From assembly GCA_951406725.2 (NCBI GenBank), contig OX597837.1, positions 14,632,001 to 14,696,000 of the forward strand: a stretch of DNA of 64,000 nt, read 5' to 3'. This stretch comes from Octopus vulgaris (Eukaryota). Below, piece by piece: positions 27,152-41,037 of this stretch. The notes beneath the pieces were generated by a model. The model was given only the letters and a program-made list of their open reading frames with translations. It had not been told where the DNA came from and searched no databases. Made by a program: the position numbers and the translations under genes. Position 1 is the first letter of the stretch, and every line of letters starts with the position of its first letter.

Positions 27152-27320
27152 GGCGGAAGGGGGTGGCGGGGCGGAAGGGGGTGGTGGGGCGGAAGGGGGT
27201 GGCGTGGCGGAAGGGGGTGGCGTGGCGGAAGGGGGTGGCGTGGCGGAAGGGGGTGGCGTGGCGGAAGGGGGTGGCGTGGCGGAAGGGGGTGGCGTGGCGG
27301 AAGGGGGTGGCGTGGCGGAA
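27152..27320. repeat. G-rich 18-bp minisatellite (GGCGGAAGGGGGTGGCGT), about 9 copies
   Basis: Exact periodicity visible. Confidence 0.97.
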
Positions 27321-27520
27321 ACGTCGTCTTCCGATTGGAAAAAAGAAAGAAAGAAAGAAAGAAAGAAAGAAGAAAACAGAAGAGAATGGTCTCTGAATGT
27401 CCTTATAAATACATGTGTACGAATCGTTGTGAAAGTTTTTACCGTTTTGCTCCTCCCACCCCGGCAACTCTGTCCTTCTGACCTACTAAAAGCCAAATAA
27501 TAAATGCAATAAAATAGATG

Positions 27521-27575
<55 letters not shown>

Positions 27576-28174
27576 TGATGATGATGATGATGATGATTTT
27601 TTTCACGCCCACCGAAAACACTTGGAGAAGAGCAGTACTTTCTGGTCCTGGTTCCTACGATTCTACCACCACCGCCACCACCATTACCACAGCCACAACC
27701 ACTACTACCACCATGACTAACACTAACCAGTACCCTCTTCCCCCCCTCTCTCTCTCTCTCTTTCTTTCTTTCTCGTTATGATCATACCATGACCATCCCT
27801 GCTCAAGAGCCACCACATCATATTAGCACCACCGCCACCAGTACCTCTACTACTATTTCAACTCTTATTACAAATACAACTACGATAAGGAGTGAACGAG
27901 GGAGCCTCGATGCAGTTGCTCGACTTGTTAGAAACAGCAGCCAACTATCACACAAATCACGCTCTAACGTCTTTCAAAAAAAGAAAAGAAGGGAACGGCA
28001 TAGACAACGTGGTCCCTCATTTTAAAAAAAAGGAAAAAAAAAAACAAGGATGACATTGTTTTTCAGGAATAGCTTTTTATCAGGGATAACCTAAAACGAA
28101 AGTACGGCAACAACAATAACAACTACACGTACTACAACCACCACCACCACCACCACCACTACTACTACTACTAT

Positions 28175-28229
<55 letters not shown>

Positions 28230-28835
28230 AACCTAAACCAGTTGTTTTGCTATTGAAGGACAAACTGTAAACTGCCCACAATATGTTACCTGGACACTTT
28301 TTCGCCCCGTTGCTTGGTTAGCTGAGCGGCTGCAATCTTTCTGCAGACGGACCAGCAGGATCTGATGCTTTGCCATTCACATTCGGAATGGTTTATAAGA
28401 ATATTCAATCGACGCAAGGACTTTGACTGCTACTTTTATTTCATCGACCATCGAGGAGGCTGCAAGAAGCAAAGATGACTTCGGTACGATTTGAACTTAG
28501 AATGCAAAAAACCGAAATTGAATAATACTGCAAAGCAAAGCATTTCGGCCGGCACTTCTAGCGATTCTGATTAATAACACCGCGTAAAATATTTTCTGGG
28601 ACCACCCGATGTTTCCCATGACTGCCGCAACTGCAATTCGAACCAGCGATTCTTAAGTTTTGGTGTTTTGAATTCTCGACATTTATTCTCTGCAGACAAC
28701 TTCACTGAGTAACGAAAATCAACAATAGCAGGCTTTAAGACAACTCTCTCTCTCATTTTCTCTGTATCTCTCTCACTTTCTCTTTTTCTCTCTCTCTCTC
28801 TCTCTCCCTCTCTCTCTCTATCTATCTATCTCTTT

Positions 28836-28874
<39 letters not shown>

Positions 28875-29215
28875 TTCCTATTCTTTTTATTCTTCTTTAT
28901 TTCCGTTCCGTGCTTGTGTGGCACACCGCTCTGTCTCTGGACGGTTCTGCTAACATGTCAAAAAAAAATCAGTCTTTCTTAGAAAAGAAGAAGGAGAAGA
29001 AGAAGAAGAAGAAGAAGAAGAAGAAGAAGAAGAAGAAGAAGAAGAAGAAGAAGAAGAAGAAGAAGAAGAAGATTCTCCATTTTGTGGAGGGTGGAGAAAA
29101 GTTAACTGTGGGGTGGTTATCCACACACATTCACAACGCTTACACACGTATGAGTATGTATGTTTGTATTATGCATGTGTGTGTTTGTATAACACATATA
29201 TGCATATACATACAC

Positions 29216-29247
<32 letters not shown>

Positions 29248-30086
29248 ATTTGTATATACACACACACATAGAAGGATCACACTCTAGTGTTACTTAACTG
29301 GTACTCTTAATATATCGACCCCTGGAAGAATGAAAAGCAAAGATGAACCTCGGCAGGGATTGAACTCAGAGACCGTTAGAGAGCAGCCGGAACAAATACT
29401 TGCAAAGACAGACTCTGCAACGTTCTGAACCACTCTCACCAATTCACCACTGACACTTGTTCCATACTACACTTACAGCTGCTGCTGCTGCTGCTGCTGT
29501 TGATGCTGCTACGATCGCTGCAGCAGCCGTTCTGTTGCTGCTGCTGCTGCTGCTGCTGTTGTTACTGCTGCTGCTGCTAACTCATGTACTGCTATAACTT
29601 GGCCAAGAACGGAGATTTCCTCGTCTCTTGAATCTTTCCGACGCTGATATTATTCCATTCACTTCTCTCTCTCTCTCTCTCTCTCAAAAACAAAACAAAA
29701 CACACACAAAAAATAACAAATGGCATCAGTTTTTGGGGGTTTTTTTTGCATTTTGCAAACATCAAAAGGGGACAATCCGATGTCGTCTGTCCGTTCTCAC
29801 TTTTCGTCGCCGTCGTCTGCTCTATCACCCTCATCAACGCCTAACACTCGCCGCCAACCCGAGGATCTCTCGTCCCGTACCCCGTCCACCCGTTTCTATT
29901 TTCCTGCCAATCAACTCTACACTACTATGAACATTCACACACACACACACACATACACACACACATACACACACACATACACACACACACATACACACAC
30001 ACACACACATACACACATACTTACATATATAAATGCATATGCGTATATATATATATATACATACATGCATACATATATATATACAC

Positions 30087-30153
<67 letters not shown>

Positions 30154-30597
30154 CATACATACATACATACATACATACATACATACATACATGTATGTAT
30201 GTATGTATGTATGTATGTGAATTTGGGGAAATCGAGTGGTTTTACTCCGATACACGAGTGGAGGAGGTTTTCTCGAGAAAACACCACCAACTGCAGCAAC
30301 AGCAGCAACAGCAGCAACAGCAGCAGCAGCAGCAGCAGGTATAAGGATTTCCCCACATCAGCGGCAACTTTACGGCTCGGTTATTTTGCTCTCCTACCCG
30401 CTTCTCTCTCAATCTCTCTCCCTCACTTTCTCTCGCTTTCTCTCTCGCTTTCTCTCTCGCTTTCTCTCTCGCTTTCTCTCTCAGTATCTTTCTATTTATC
30501 TATTTAGATCTAACGTCTGCTTCTTCCAATTTCTCTCTCTCTCTCTCTCTCTCACTCTCTCTTACTCTCTCTTACTCTCTCTTACTCGCTCTCTCTC

Positions 30598-30628
<31 letters not shown>

Positions 30629-30735
30629 CCGTCTCTCTCTCCTGTCTTGTGTCTCCGTCTTTGCTCTTTGCTGTTTAGCAGTTTTGATGTCTCGATGTCA
30701 GACTCTTTCTTTCACTTTTAACATATGTCTCTTTC

Positions 30736-30782
<47 letters not shown>

Positions 30783-31404
30783 TTCTGTCCATTCTTTTCT
30801 CTATCGTTCTCTATTACTTTCGCAACCGATTGTTATTTAACCGCTATTTCCTTCTCCCTCGGTCTCTCTCCTTCTCTCTCACTTTCTCTCTCATCTCTTT
30901 TGCTTCTTGTTACTTTGAGGCTCTCCCTCGCTTTCTCTGTCCCCTCTTCTTCTCCATAAGTTTCTCTCTCTCTGCATTCACTCTCTTCCTCTCTCCCCCA
31001 CTTACAAATTCTATTTCTCTTTCTTTCCCACTCTCCAAGCTGCTTTCACTCTTTCCGTCTCTTCGCTCCCATTTGCCTGCCTGCCTGCACACGATCGAGG
31101 AAATCCTTGCCGTCGATGAATGACTCTCACACCCAGACATACTGCAACCGAATCAACACGTCACCAAACCAATGGCAGAGGGTCAACGGTCAAACAAATT
31201 TGGGGAAAAGAATCATTTAACAAGTAACATGTCTACTCGGAGAAACCGTGATGACAATGTCGGGCAACGAACAGTTGAAGAAGGTACAACGGAGCCGGGT
31301 GCGTACGAACGAAGAGGGGGAAACCCGCACAAGACCTGATGCTTATCGGTTAAATGTGACAAAATATTGCCACACGATCGGACAAGAGTCATCGAAAGAG
31401 CTGT

Positions 31405-31662
31405 GATAAACTAGAAATAGCAGCCAAACCTCTTTCCTAACGTCTTTAATAAAACAAAGCAACGCAGAGCAGAGCGAAAAATGAAAGGGGAATATTCCAT
31501 TGGATAATGTAGTATGAGATCAACTACGTCTGAAAAATCGGGATGGTCACGGATGGAATGTTTTTGATCATAGATCTGACCGACCAGAGCTGATCTAGGC
31601 TGAACAACAGCAAAAACAGCAACAACAACAACAACCAAAGCAGCAACGATAACAACAACAAC
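31405..31662 (+). mobile_element. Interspersed repeat family D with (CAA)n tail
   Basis: CTAGAAATAGCAGCCAAA...CATTGGATAATGTAG...GGGATGGTCACGGATGGAATG...TTTGATCATAG...(CAA)n. Confidence 0.75.
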
Positions 31663-32799
31663 AGGCTATCCTGTCCGACGAATTACTACAATATGTCTAA
31701 GAATATAAATACCCGGGTTTATCCGAGACTGGAAGAAGACGAAAGCCAGAGGAAAAAAATAAGAGTGGGTGCCAAGATAATGTGTCAGAAATGAAGATGG
31801 AGTGGAGCAGAGAAACGCGGGGGACGCGAGATGAGATGATTGTATTACAAGAACGGGATGGTGGGGGGGTGAATGAGAGTTCCGGTAAATACGGGGGTTT
31901 CCCAGTCAACATCAGCAGACGTTAGTTTTGTAATACGACTGGAGACATTCCACTGCTACGAACAAGACACAAGAGGAGGTGGCGGTGGTGGCAGTGTGGT
32001 AGTGGTGGTGGTGGTGGTGGGAGAAGTGGGAAAGAAAGAGGAGGAGGTGGAAGTGAGGGAAGAAGACGATGGAGAGGGACGAACTAACAACGATGATGGT
32101 GATGGTGATGATGATTATAACGAAGACAATGGCGATGATAGTGAGGAGGATGACGACGATAGCTGTGAAGGGGAAGATGATGATGACAGTGACGGCAACA
32201 ACAACGATGACGACGACGACAGCGGCGGCGGCGATGACGACGAATACGGTAGTGATGATGATGATGATGACGACGACGGTGACGATGATGATGATGATGA
32301 TGATGATGATGACGACGACGATGACGATGATGATGATGATGATGATATTGTACCTGTTGTTGCTGCTGTTGTTATAGTCTGCGATAAACCCTTCGTAACC
32401 CTCAGAAGTTATGTATCCTTACTGGGTAACCAACTCATGCCACATGCAAACTTTGTTTATAACGCACAAGGTCATGAGTTCGATCGCTACTCGAAACTAT
32501 ATCCCTTTCCCGTTTTATATTCTTTATTGCTGTTGTTGATGATGATGACGACGACGTTGTTAACCCCAGGTCAGCTAGATCCTGCACAACTATGATCAAA
32601 ACCATTCCAGCCATAACTATCCCACCTTGGAGGGCGTGCAAAGAACCAGGATCACATTATGGAATGTGTCTTTTATAAGAACGTGTCAGCTGAGGGGAGA
32701 TTTTGCTACTATGTCTAGCAGGCTGTAAACACTCGCACGTTGGCTCGCAATTGTTACTGCGGGTGACAATAGGCAAAGCGATAAGGTACCGGTGTTGTT

Positions 32800-32945
32800 A
32801 AAAAAATCTACTTATGATGTGTACAACCGAAGTTCCTTTTCGCTGCACGCAAATTTTTACACAGGACGGAATGACAATGGGCTCTCCACTAGGACCTATG
32901 TTTGCAGCTTTCTACCTATCCAGAACAGAAAACAGACTAAAACGT
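32800..32945 (+). mobile_element. Penelope-like reverse transcriptase fragment
   Basis: KNLLMMCTTEVPF..FTQDGMTMGSPLGPMFAAFYLSRTENRL matches the PLE RT motif QxxGxxMGSPLGPxxAxxY. Confidence 0.8.
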
Positions 32946-33090
32946 AAAAATATAATATACACCAGTTGTGTATTCAAACTTGGGCACTGTGTATGTATGT
33001 TTATATATGTACGTATATTTATCTATCTAATCTATCTAACTCTCTCTCACTCTCTTTCTCTCTCTCTACACACATACATACATACATACA

Positions 33091-33121
<31 letters not shown>

Positions 33122-33382
33122 TGTTTTGTAGAGTTTTTGTCGATGTCATTTGTTGTTTTTGCTGCGAGACGATTTCGAAAGACAGAAAATGCTGAACAAA
33201 AATAACGAGAAGATACAAAAGAAGAAAAAAGAAAACAAAGAAACAAGCGAAAAAACACAAATCATCGATGAATCGATTGATTGACAGTGAGACAGAGGGA
33301 TTATCATTTAATTAAAGCCGAAGGATTGTCACGGACAACGGACTGCATGTGACACAGCCTTCCCAGGACATAATTCCTTGAC

Positions 33383-33422
<40 letters not shown>

Positions 33423-33628
33423 TACACACATATTCATAAGGATCGAATCCATATGTCTCAGCACAAACAGTTTGAAACTTTTCTTTCTAAGAATATACGA
33501 GAGGAAGCGATACGAAACGAAAGGAGAAATAAAATACGTGTGCATACGACATCGTAATAGAGGAACCACCACAGCTGACGAGCAATCAGTTTCTAGAACG
33601 TAAGTTCATTTCCTTGAGATTTACAAGA

Positions 33629-33699
<71 letters not shown>

Positions 33700-33700
<1 letters not shown>

Positions 33701-33790
33701 TTCACATACACTCAACAGATACCAAGAACCCACCTAAGTATCCTGGCTGTCCCTAATAACACTGTTTTCTGGAACTGTACTAAACAGATT
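33700..33790 (-). mobile_element. R4/Dong-clade extreme C-terminal fragment
   Basis: FQKTVLLGTARILRWVLGIC* between (TAA)n tracts. Confidence 0.75.
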
Positions 33791-33837
33791 ATTATTATTA
33801 TTATCAATATTATTGTTATTGTTGTTGTTGTTGTTGT

Positions 33838-34159
33838 TCTTCTTCTTCTTCTTCGTCTTCTTCTTCTTCTTCTTCTTCTTCTTCTTCTTCTTCGTCTTCT
33901 TCTTCTTCGTCTTCTTCTTCTTCTTCTTCTTCGTCTTCTTCTTCTTCTTCGTCTTCTTCTTCGTCGTCTTCTTCTTCTTCTTCTTCGTCTTCTTCTTCTT
34001 CTTCGTCTTCTTCTTCTTCTTCGTCTTCTTCTTCTTCTCCTTCTTCTTCTTCTTCGTCTTCTTCTTCTTCGTCTTCTTCTTCTTCTTCTTCTTTTTCTTC
34101 TTCGTCTTCTTCTTCTTCTTCTTCGTCTTCTTCTTCGTCGTCTTCTTCTTCTTCTTCTT

Positions 34160-34188
<29 letters not shown>
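33838..34188. repeat. (CTT)n tract with CGT interruptions, about 350 bp
   Basis: Directly visible. Confidence 0.97.
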
Positions 34189-34190
<2 letters not shown>

Positions 34191-34207
34191 TCATCAATAT
34201 TATTATT

Positions 34208-34440
34208 AAAGCGGCGAGCTGGCAGAACCGTTATCACGCTGGACGAAATGCTTAGCTGTATTTCGTCCGTCGCTACGTTCTGAGTTCAAATTCCGCCGAG
34301 GTTGACTTTGCCTTTCATCGTTTTGGGTCGATAAATTAAGTACCAGTTACGGATTGGGGTCGATGTAATAGACCTAATCTCCTCCGCAAGCTGCTCTTGA
34401 GGAAAAAATTTGAAATCATCATCATCATCATCATCATCAA

Positions 34441-34490
<50 letters not shown>

Positions 34491-34624
34491 TATGACTTTT
34501 GCTTTATATTTGTACAAGTTGGCTCCAAGTCTCACCCAGAGACCTCAGGAGACAACAGGCTGGAAGTTCATGTTGTTGTTAGGCCTAGTGTGCCATATAT
34601 TTGGGGGTTTTATTATTATTATTA

Positions 34625-34698
<74 letters not shown>

Positions 34699-35150
34699 TA
34701 ACTACGGCGAGCAGACAAGATCGTTAGCACGCCGGACGAAATGCTTAGCGGGATTTCGTCCATCTTAACGTTCTGAGTTCAAATTCCAACGATCTCATCT
34801 TTACCTCTCATCCTGTCGGAGTCGATGAAATAAGTGGGAGTCGATGTAATCGACTGTGCCCCCCCCCACCTCGGATTTGCTGGCCTTGTGCTAAAATTTG
34901 AAACCATTATTATTGTTATTATTATTATTAAGGCAACGAGATGGCAGAATCGTTAGCACACCGACCAAAATGCATAGCGGCATTTCGCTCGTCTTTACGT
35001 TCTGAGTTCAAATTCCGCTGACGTCGATTTTGTCTTCCATCCTTTCGGGGTCGATAAGTTAAGCACCGGTTGCATAATGGGGTCGATCTAATCGACTGGC
35101 CCCTCCCCAAAAATTTCGGGCCTTGTGCCTAGTGTAGAAAAGATTATTAT
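34208..35150 (+). mobile_element. Three co-oriented SINE A copies (about 34208-34420, 34700-34910, 34929-35150) separated by (ATT)n
   Basis: Each has head, GAGTTCAAATTCC and body. A probable LINE 3' UTR fragment lies antisense at about 34490-34610. Confidence 0.88.
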
Positions 35151-35339
35151 TACTATTATTATTATTTTTTTTTCTTTCAAATTTGCTTCCATTTCTTGCC
35201 GAGTGTCTTCCCGACTCCTAGGGCAAAGAAACTCATAGTATACATTGGTAGGCCATTAAACCAAACTCAATAGTTCGTTCATTTAAAAAAATTTTTTTTT
35301 TTAAGTTAAATTAAAATACATGAGCAGCAACAGTTCTCA

Positions 35340-35427
<88 letters not shown>

Positions 35428-35623
35428 TGTTCCTCGCTGAAGCTCTCTGCCTCCGGACTGCATCATCCATGGGTTCTTATATTTTGTATACTATTTTATC
35501 TCATCCCTGTTCCTTTCCCTCATCTTTTATGCAAACTCCCACACAAATTGTCCTTGTAATGCCCTTCTTATGATTTACCCTTGAGGCAAATATACGAAAT
35601 TGTTGTTGTTATTATTATTATTA

Positions 35624-35666
<43 letters not shown>

Positions 35667-35740
35667 TATTATTATTATTATTACTATTTTTATTTTTATT
35701 ATTATTATTAATATTAGTATTATTAATATTATTATTATTA

Positions 35741-35818
<78 letters not shown>

Positions 35819-36188
35819 ATGGCGGTGCCCCAGCATGGCCACAACTCGTGAGCTGAAACTAGATAAAAAAAGAAACATTTGATAGTTTCAGGCAGATTTC
35901 TACTGTTTCACTTCCCTGTTGCTGGGGTATGTACGGCATTGTGTGTGTGTGTGTGTGTGTGTGTTTTGTTGTTGCTGTTGTTGATGGAAAGTATGTAAAA
36001 TCTTCCAGGTATTGTCTTGCATCCATTTGTTTTGTTATGCGGTCTTGTTGCATTTTCTTTTGTTTTGTTTTTTTTGTTTTTGTCGTATTAATGTTTGTAG
36101 AATACATGTTGTGGTCGTTGTTTATTTCGTTGGATATTTACTGTACAAAGTGTGTCTTTTATTTGCTGATTGTTTTGTTTAGGTTGTA

Positions 36189-36240
36189 TTATTGAATTGA
36201 TAATGTCTTGCGTAGGATGTGGGCTGTTCCTAACAAGACC

Positions 36241-36271
<31 letters not shown>

Positions 36272-36281
36272 CATACATATA

Positions 36282-36355
<74 letters not shown>

Positions 36356-36455
36356 ATATAATATATATATATATATACATACATATATATATATATATAT
36401 ACAGTATATTGGATATATATTATCCCATGGTGGGTTGATAACCCCTATCTCATTT

Positions 36456-36508
<53 letters not shown>

Positions 36509-36637
36509 GAGTGTGCAGTGTTGAGGGTGCAGGTATAGTTTCTACCATTTTTTTCATATCTTTTTACCATTCCCAATTCTCTACGCTCTTCTACAAAAAG
36601 GGACACAGAAAAAAACAAGGAGAGAAAAAAATGTCTG

Positions 36638-36694
<57 letters not shown>

Positions 36695-37030
36695 GTAAGT
36701 CCTGGTGTACTAGTCTGTTCCCTTTTCCCCATAACTAATGCACCTTTTATTATAGTATTTATTTGTCTTGAGATTCTACATTCGGGTAGTCTCTTTTTCC
36801 AGGTCTTTCTATTTCGAGATTTTCCCACTTTCATTTAGAGATACCATTGCCAGCTGTTGGGACTGATAATCGATTAGAAGGGGTTTTTTTTTTCATCCCT
36901 GATAACAATATCTAGCGTGTTAGCCTTGATCTCTCTATCTATGTGTATTGACATATCCCAGAGTATAGTTGCTTTGTCGTTTTATGAGATTTTTCTGGAG
37001 TATACCTATACCATCTTCTTTTCAGTTCTA
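36189..37030 (-). mobile_element. Decayed R4/Dong endonuclease region split by microsatellite and other insertions
   Basis: RRWYRYTPEK..ATILWDMSIHIDREIKANTLDIVIRD at about 36890-37030; VLLGTAHILRKTLSIQ* at 36189-36240. Homologous to 12551-13003. Confidence 0.85.
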
Positions 37031-37169
37031 GCATTTTTATGCTTATAATTATTATTAATTATTATATATTATTATTATTTATTACATATTAATACTAATT
37101 GCTTTCATATATTATTATTATTAATATTATTATTATTATGTTTATTATTATTATTATTATTATGAGTGT

Positions 37170-37580
37170 TAAGTCCGCGTGCTGGCAGTGTCGTTAGCAT
37201 GACGCCGAGCAAAATGCTTAGTGGTATTTCGCTCGTCTTTAAGTTCTGAGCTCAAATTCCACCGAGGTCGATTTTGCCTTTCATCCTTTCGGGGTCGATG
37301 AAATAAGTACCAGCAGAACACTGGGGTTGATGTAATCGATTTATCCCCCTCCCCTTAACTCGCTCACCTTGTGCCAAAATTTGAAACCGTTATTATTATC
37401 TAGCGACATTTTATCTGACTCAACGTTTTGAGTTCAAATTCTTCTGAGATTAACTTTGCCTTTTATCCTTTGAAGGTCGATAACATAATGTACCAGTCAA
37501 ATACTGGGCATCGATTGAATTGACTTAACCCTCCCCTCAAAAACCGCTTGCTTTGAGCTGAAAATTAAAGAAATATTCTT
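37170..37580 (+). mobile_element. SINE A full copy followed by a 5'-truncated copy
   Basis: Two successive B-box/body/tail sets. Confidence 0.82.
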
Positions 37581-38234
37581 GTAGTAATTTTTATTGTACT
37601 TCTTCATTATATATATCAAAGATCTTAGTTGAAAAACACCATTAAACATGAATAACCCCCACCATTCCGAAGCCCCTTATTACCCCTATCCCGATGGTAA
37701 CTATTTCAAATATCTCACCAGAAGGAATGGTGCTTTGTAGGTTTGTGGTAAGGACATCTGTACACGAATGGTACAAAGTGATCACTTGATTAGCTGAATG
37801 TAGCAGTCAAAAATACTCCCATCGATCCAGAAAATATACCCTACAATCTTAAGGGACAAAAGAACCCATTTAGATAGTGTAGACCGACATACTTGGTATC
37901 TGTTGATAATATGGAACGGTCATGCATGGAGTGCCATTACGCCTCCCACAACGACAATAACAAGAATGTGAAGGGTTTTTAGGTAACAAAATGAGAAAAG
38001 ATTGTTGTCGTTATTATTCTTGTGGTTGTTTAGCCCATGGGTCGTCTTGAAAGTTCTGAGCAATTTCAACAGTTGTCTTCTTTAAATGCTTCATTAAACA
38101 AGTCTAATATTGGTACGACTGATATCTTGGCATCACCTGTCGTAGCCTGGTAATCTACAGTTTACATCTCATGCCAAAAATCAGTGTGACTCTTACTTTT
38201 GTCAGCCTTTATCAAGGTCAAAAGAGGATTGCCA

Positions 38235-38975
38235 AAATTCGCATTTTCGATACGTGATGTGTTTCTTCTTTTAAGAAGAATGAAAACGCTGCAGAAACGT
38301 TTAAAACTACTTTTGAATTTTATAGTGAAAGCGATGTAGGTGAATCAACGGCTCGGAGGTGATTTGTAAAATTCAAAAGCAAGGATTTCATCTTAGAAGA
38401 GGCAAATGGCTCTGGAAAACTTTCAGAGTTGGTCGATGATCTTTTGACGGTAAACATTGAAGCCGACCTAAAAATCACGTTTACGGAACTAAGAGAGATG
38501 TTGGAAGTTCCCAAAATTACTGGTCATGAATAATTAATGAAATTCGGATACATATTCTACAATGATATATGTTTCCTTGGACAACCTGTGAGAGAAAAGC
38601 CGCTTGTATCGATATTCCATCAGCGATTATGCTCTTAAAATGCAATGAAACTAAACTTTGGGGTGGGGGCGATTGGCAACGGCTGTTGAATAATGGATTG
38701 TCAACGATAAGAAAAGGCTAAAATGATCCGAGGGTTTGCGTGAGAATCCACCAAAATGGAACAGGCATGCAAAAAAATGTCTACTTTGTGTGTAGCGGGA
38801 TTTCAAAGCTATTAATTATTCTGAACTACTTTCACACGATCAGACGATCGGTTCTGACTAGAACTAGCCAGAAGGAGAGGGCTTTGTGTTCCAACAATAA
38901 AACGCCAAACTTCATGGGTCTTTTGTTACTCGAACAAAGTTGATCTCTTACCCTATCCACCATATCCTCTTGACC
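38235..38975 (+). mobile_element. Decayed mariner transposase relic
   Basis: HFRYVM..ENAAE..VGESTARR*FVKFKSKDFILEE..LATAVE*WIV..HAKKCLLCV*RDFKAINYSELL..FQQ*NAKLH..LLPYPPYPLD. Confidence 0.8.
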
Positions 38976-39899
38976 AGTGGCGTGTGGTGGTGATTGTCAG
39001 CTACACTGACCACACCATGACCAACATTAGTATTACTTAGATCAGACATAGAAACTTTGTATTTCTATTCAAAACGCAGGATCCAAAATATAATTCATTT
39101 GGGATACAGACATATCGCACTAAATTAAACTGAATTAATAATACCCTATAAATTGTATGCATTCTGAGATAAGCCATAATTTTCTTATGTTCACACACAG
39201 AAGAATAAGGAACCATATAATTTTACTAGCTTAAATCCTTTATATGTAAATTCAATTCTTCTCCTTTGAGATGTAAAATGTTCGGTAACCTCATCATACA
39301 ATGAACCACTTTATTATTAGTTTTGAAAGTAAATTAAAATCAAAGTTATTCGATGTTGTAAGAAAAAAAGATTATTGTAAAAAAAAATTAGTTTTAGTTT
39401 AGGAATTTTAAATTGATTTGAACGTAAAACTTCTCGCCATGAAAACGAACATGCGACCGTGCTATCAAAGCTGTCGCAGACCTTTCGCCATTAATTTTTG
39501 CCATTCTCCCATTAACTTACGATACAAAATCGTTGGGTCTTCTATCGTCCGATGATTGATTGGGCCGTTTTAAGTCTATTATGAAACTATTAGTAACAAT
39601 GCGTAACTTCTTGCATTGAATAAGGTACTCTGTGTGTGTGTGTATGCTTGCGTATAAATACATGTGTATGTAAAATTGAATGTAGTTCTATATGCATACG
39701 CAAAGGTAATCATGTACTTGAGCGCATATGATGCATATATGTGAAGAAAATCTGTTTATGAACATGTATTTAATATTTTAATTTTTGTATAAGTACAGCT
39801 GTGGATGTATAAGTACTTTGGGAGGAACTGGGAGTGCGTGTGCATATGTGAACATGAATGTATAGATATGTATACGCCCATATATATTATGTATATGTA

Positions 39900-39935
<36 letters not shown>

Positions 39936-39940
39936 TGTCT

Positions 39941-40123
39941 TTTCGATCGAATTCCCTGCAAGTTAACATAAGATCTTCTAACGACAATGTAAACTTCGTG
40001 TAATCTTGTTATCCTTGGCCTGAAGAGTATCTTGCAGCCTGTACTCATATATGCGTGTATATATACATGTAGAGGTAGGTACGTACATATATGTTTATAT
40101 ATATGCATATGTTTTATTTATTA

Positions 40124-40155
<32 letters not shown>

Positions 40156-40260
40156 GTATGTATTTTCGATCGAATTCCCTGCAAGTTAACATAAGATCTC
40201 CAAACGACAATGTAAACTTCGTGTAATCATGTTATCCTTGGCCTGAAGAGTATCTTGCAG
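39941..40260. repeat. Local direct duplication of a 97-bp unique segment (39941-40037 and 40164-40260)
   Basis: Near-identical copies offset by 223 bp, each preceded by (TA)n(TATG)n. Confidence 0.92.
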
Positions 40261-40580
40261 TCTACTCCTCATAGGATAATTACTACTTCCGAGGTTCCGC
40301 AGAAGGAAACATATGTTGCCTGGGTTTTATTTATTCCATTCCCTAATTTTTGAATGTTTATTGGCATATACAACAACCCCAGTTGTGAACCCTCAACTAT
40401 AAAGTAACCCTCTTTTTTTCAGCTTATCGTACTTCAATGGTTGGGGGGAACATTCACAAACTTCTTCGCCAATAAATCACTATTGTTCCTGAAAGTTGTT
40501 TTATTTATTTATTTTTGTGTCTTCAACAGACTGCTTGGAACTTACTAACTTTACACTTTGATCCTTTATTTTACCTTTAC

Positions 40581-40720
<140 letters not shown>

Positions 40721-41037
40721 TAATAGTCCGTTATTCAGTTAAGCATTTCCCAGAGATTTGTAACCTTGTAACCTTAAACTAAATTATTTCATAACAGTTT
40801 GTAAGAAATTCATATTTCACAACCCATAATAAAGGTTCAGCTGGGGTTTTATTCTTGGTTAGTGTTTGAACAAAAACTTCAGCTATTTTAACAGCCTTTT
40901 CGGTTGTGTTATCCATTGCATGTATTCTCACCATCGTCTTCCCATGCTTGTCAACCAGTTACAAGAGGACTTCAACACACCTGTAGATAATTACGATTCC
41001 TTTCAGGAAGACTGAAAAGTTTAGCTAAATCATTCAA

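Noticed and set aside
27005-27500. Gly-rich, RGG-rich or Pro-rich ORFs
   Set aside because: An 18-bp repeat without stops in any frame; the flanks are SINE and microsatellite.
31873-32595. 240-aa acidic protein
   Set aside because: Made of (GGT)n, (GAG)n and (GAT/GAC)n tracts running into a repeat family D copy; no domain or splice support.
33614-34283. Poly-Arg/Lys/Leu/Phe (protamine-like) ORFs
   Set aside because: Reading frames of the (CTT)n microsatellite.
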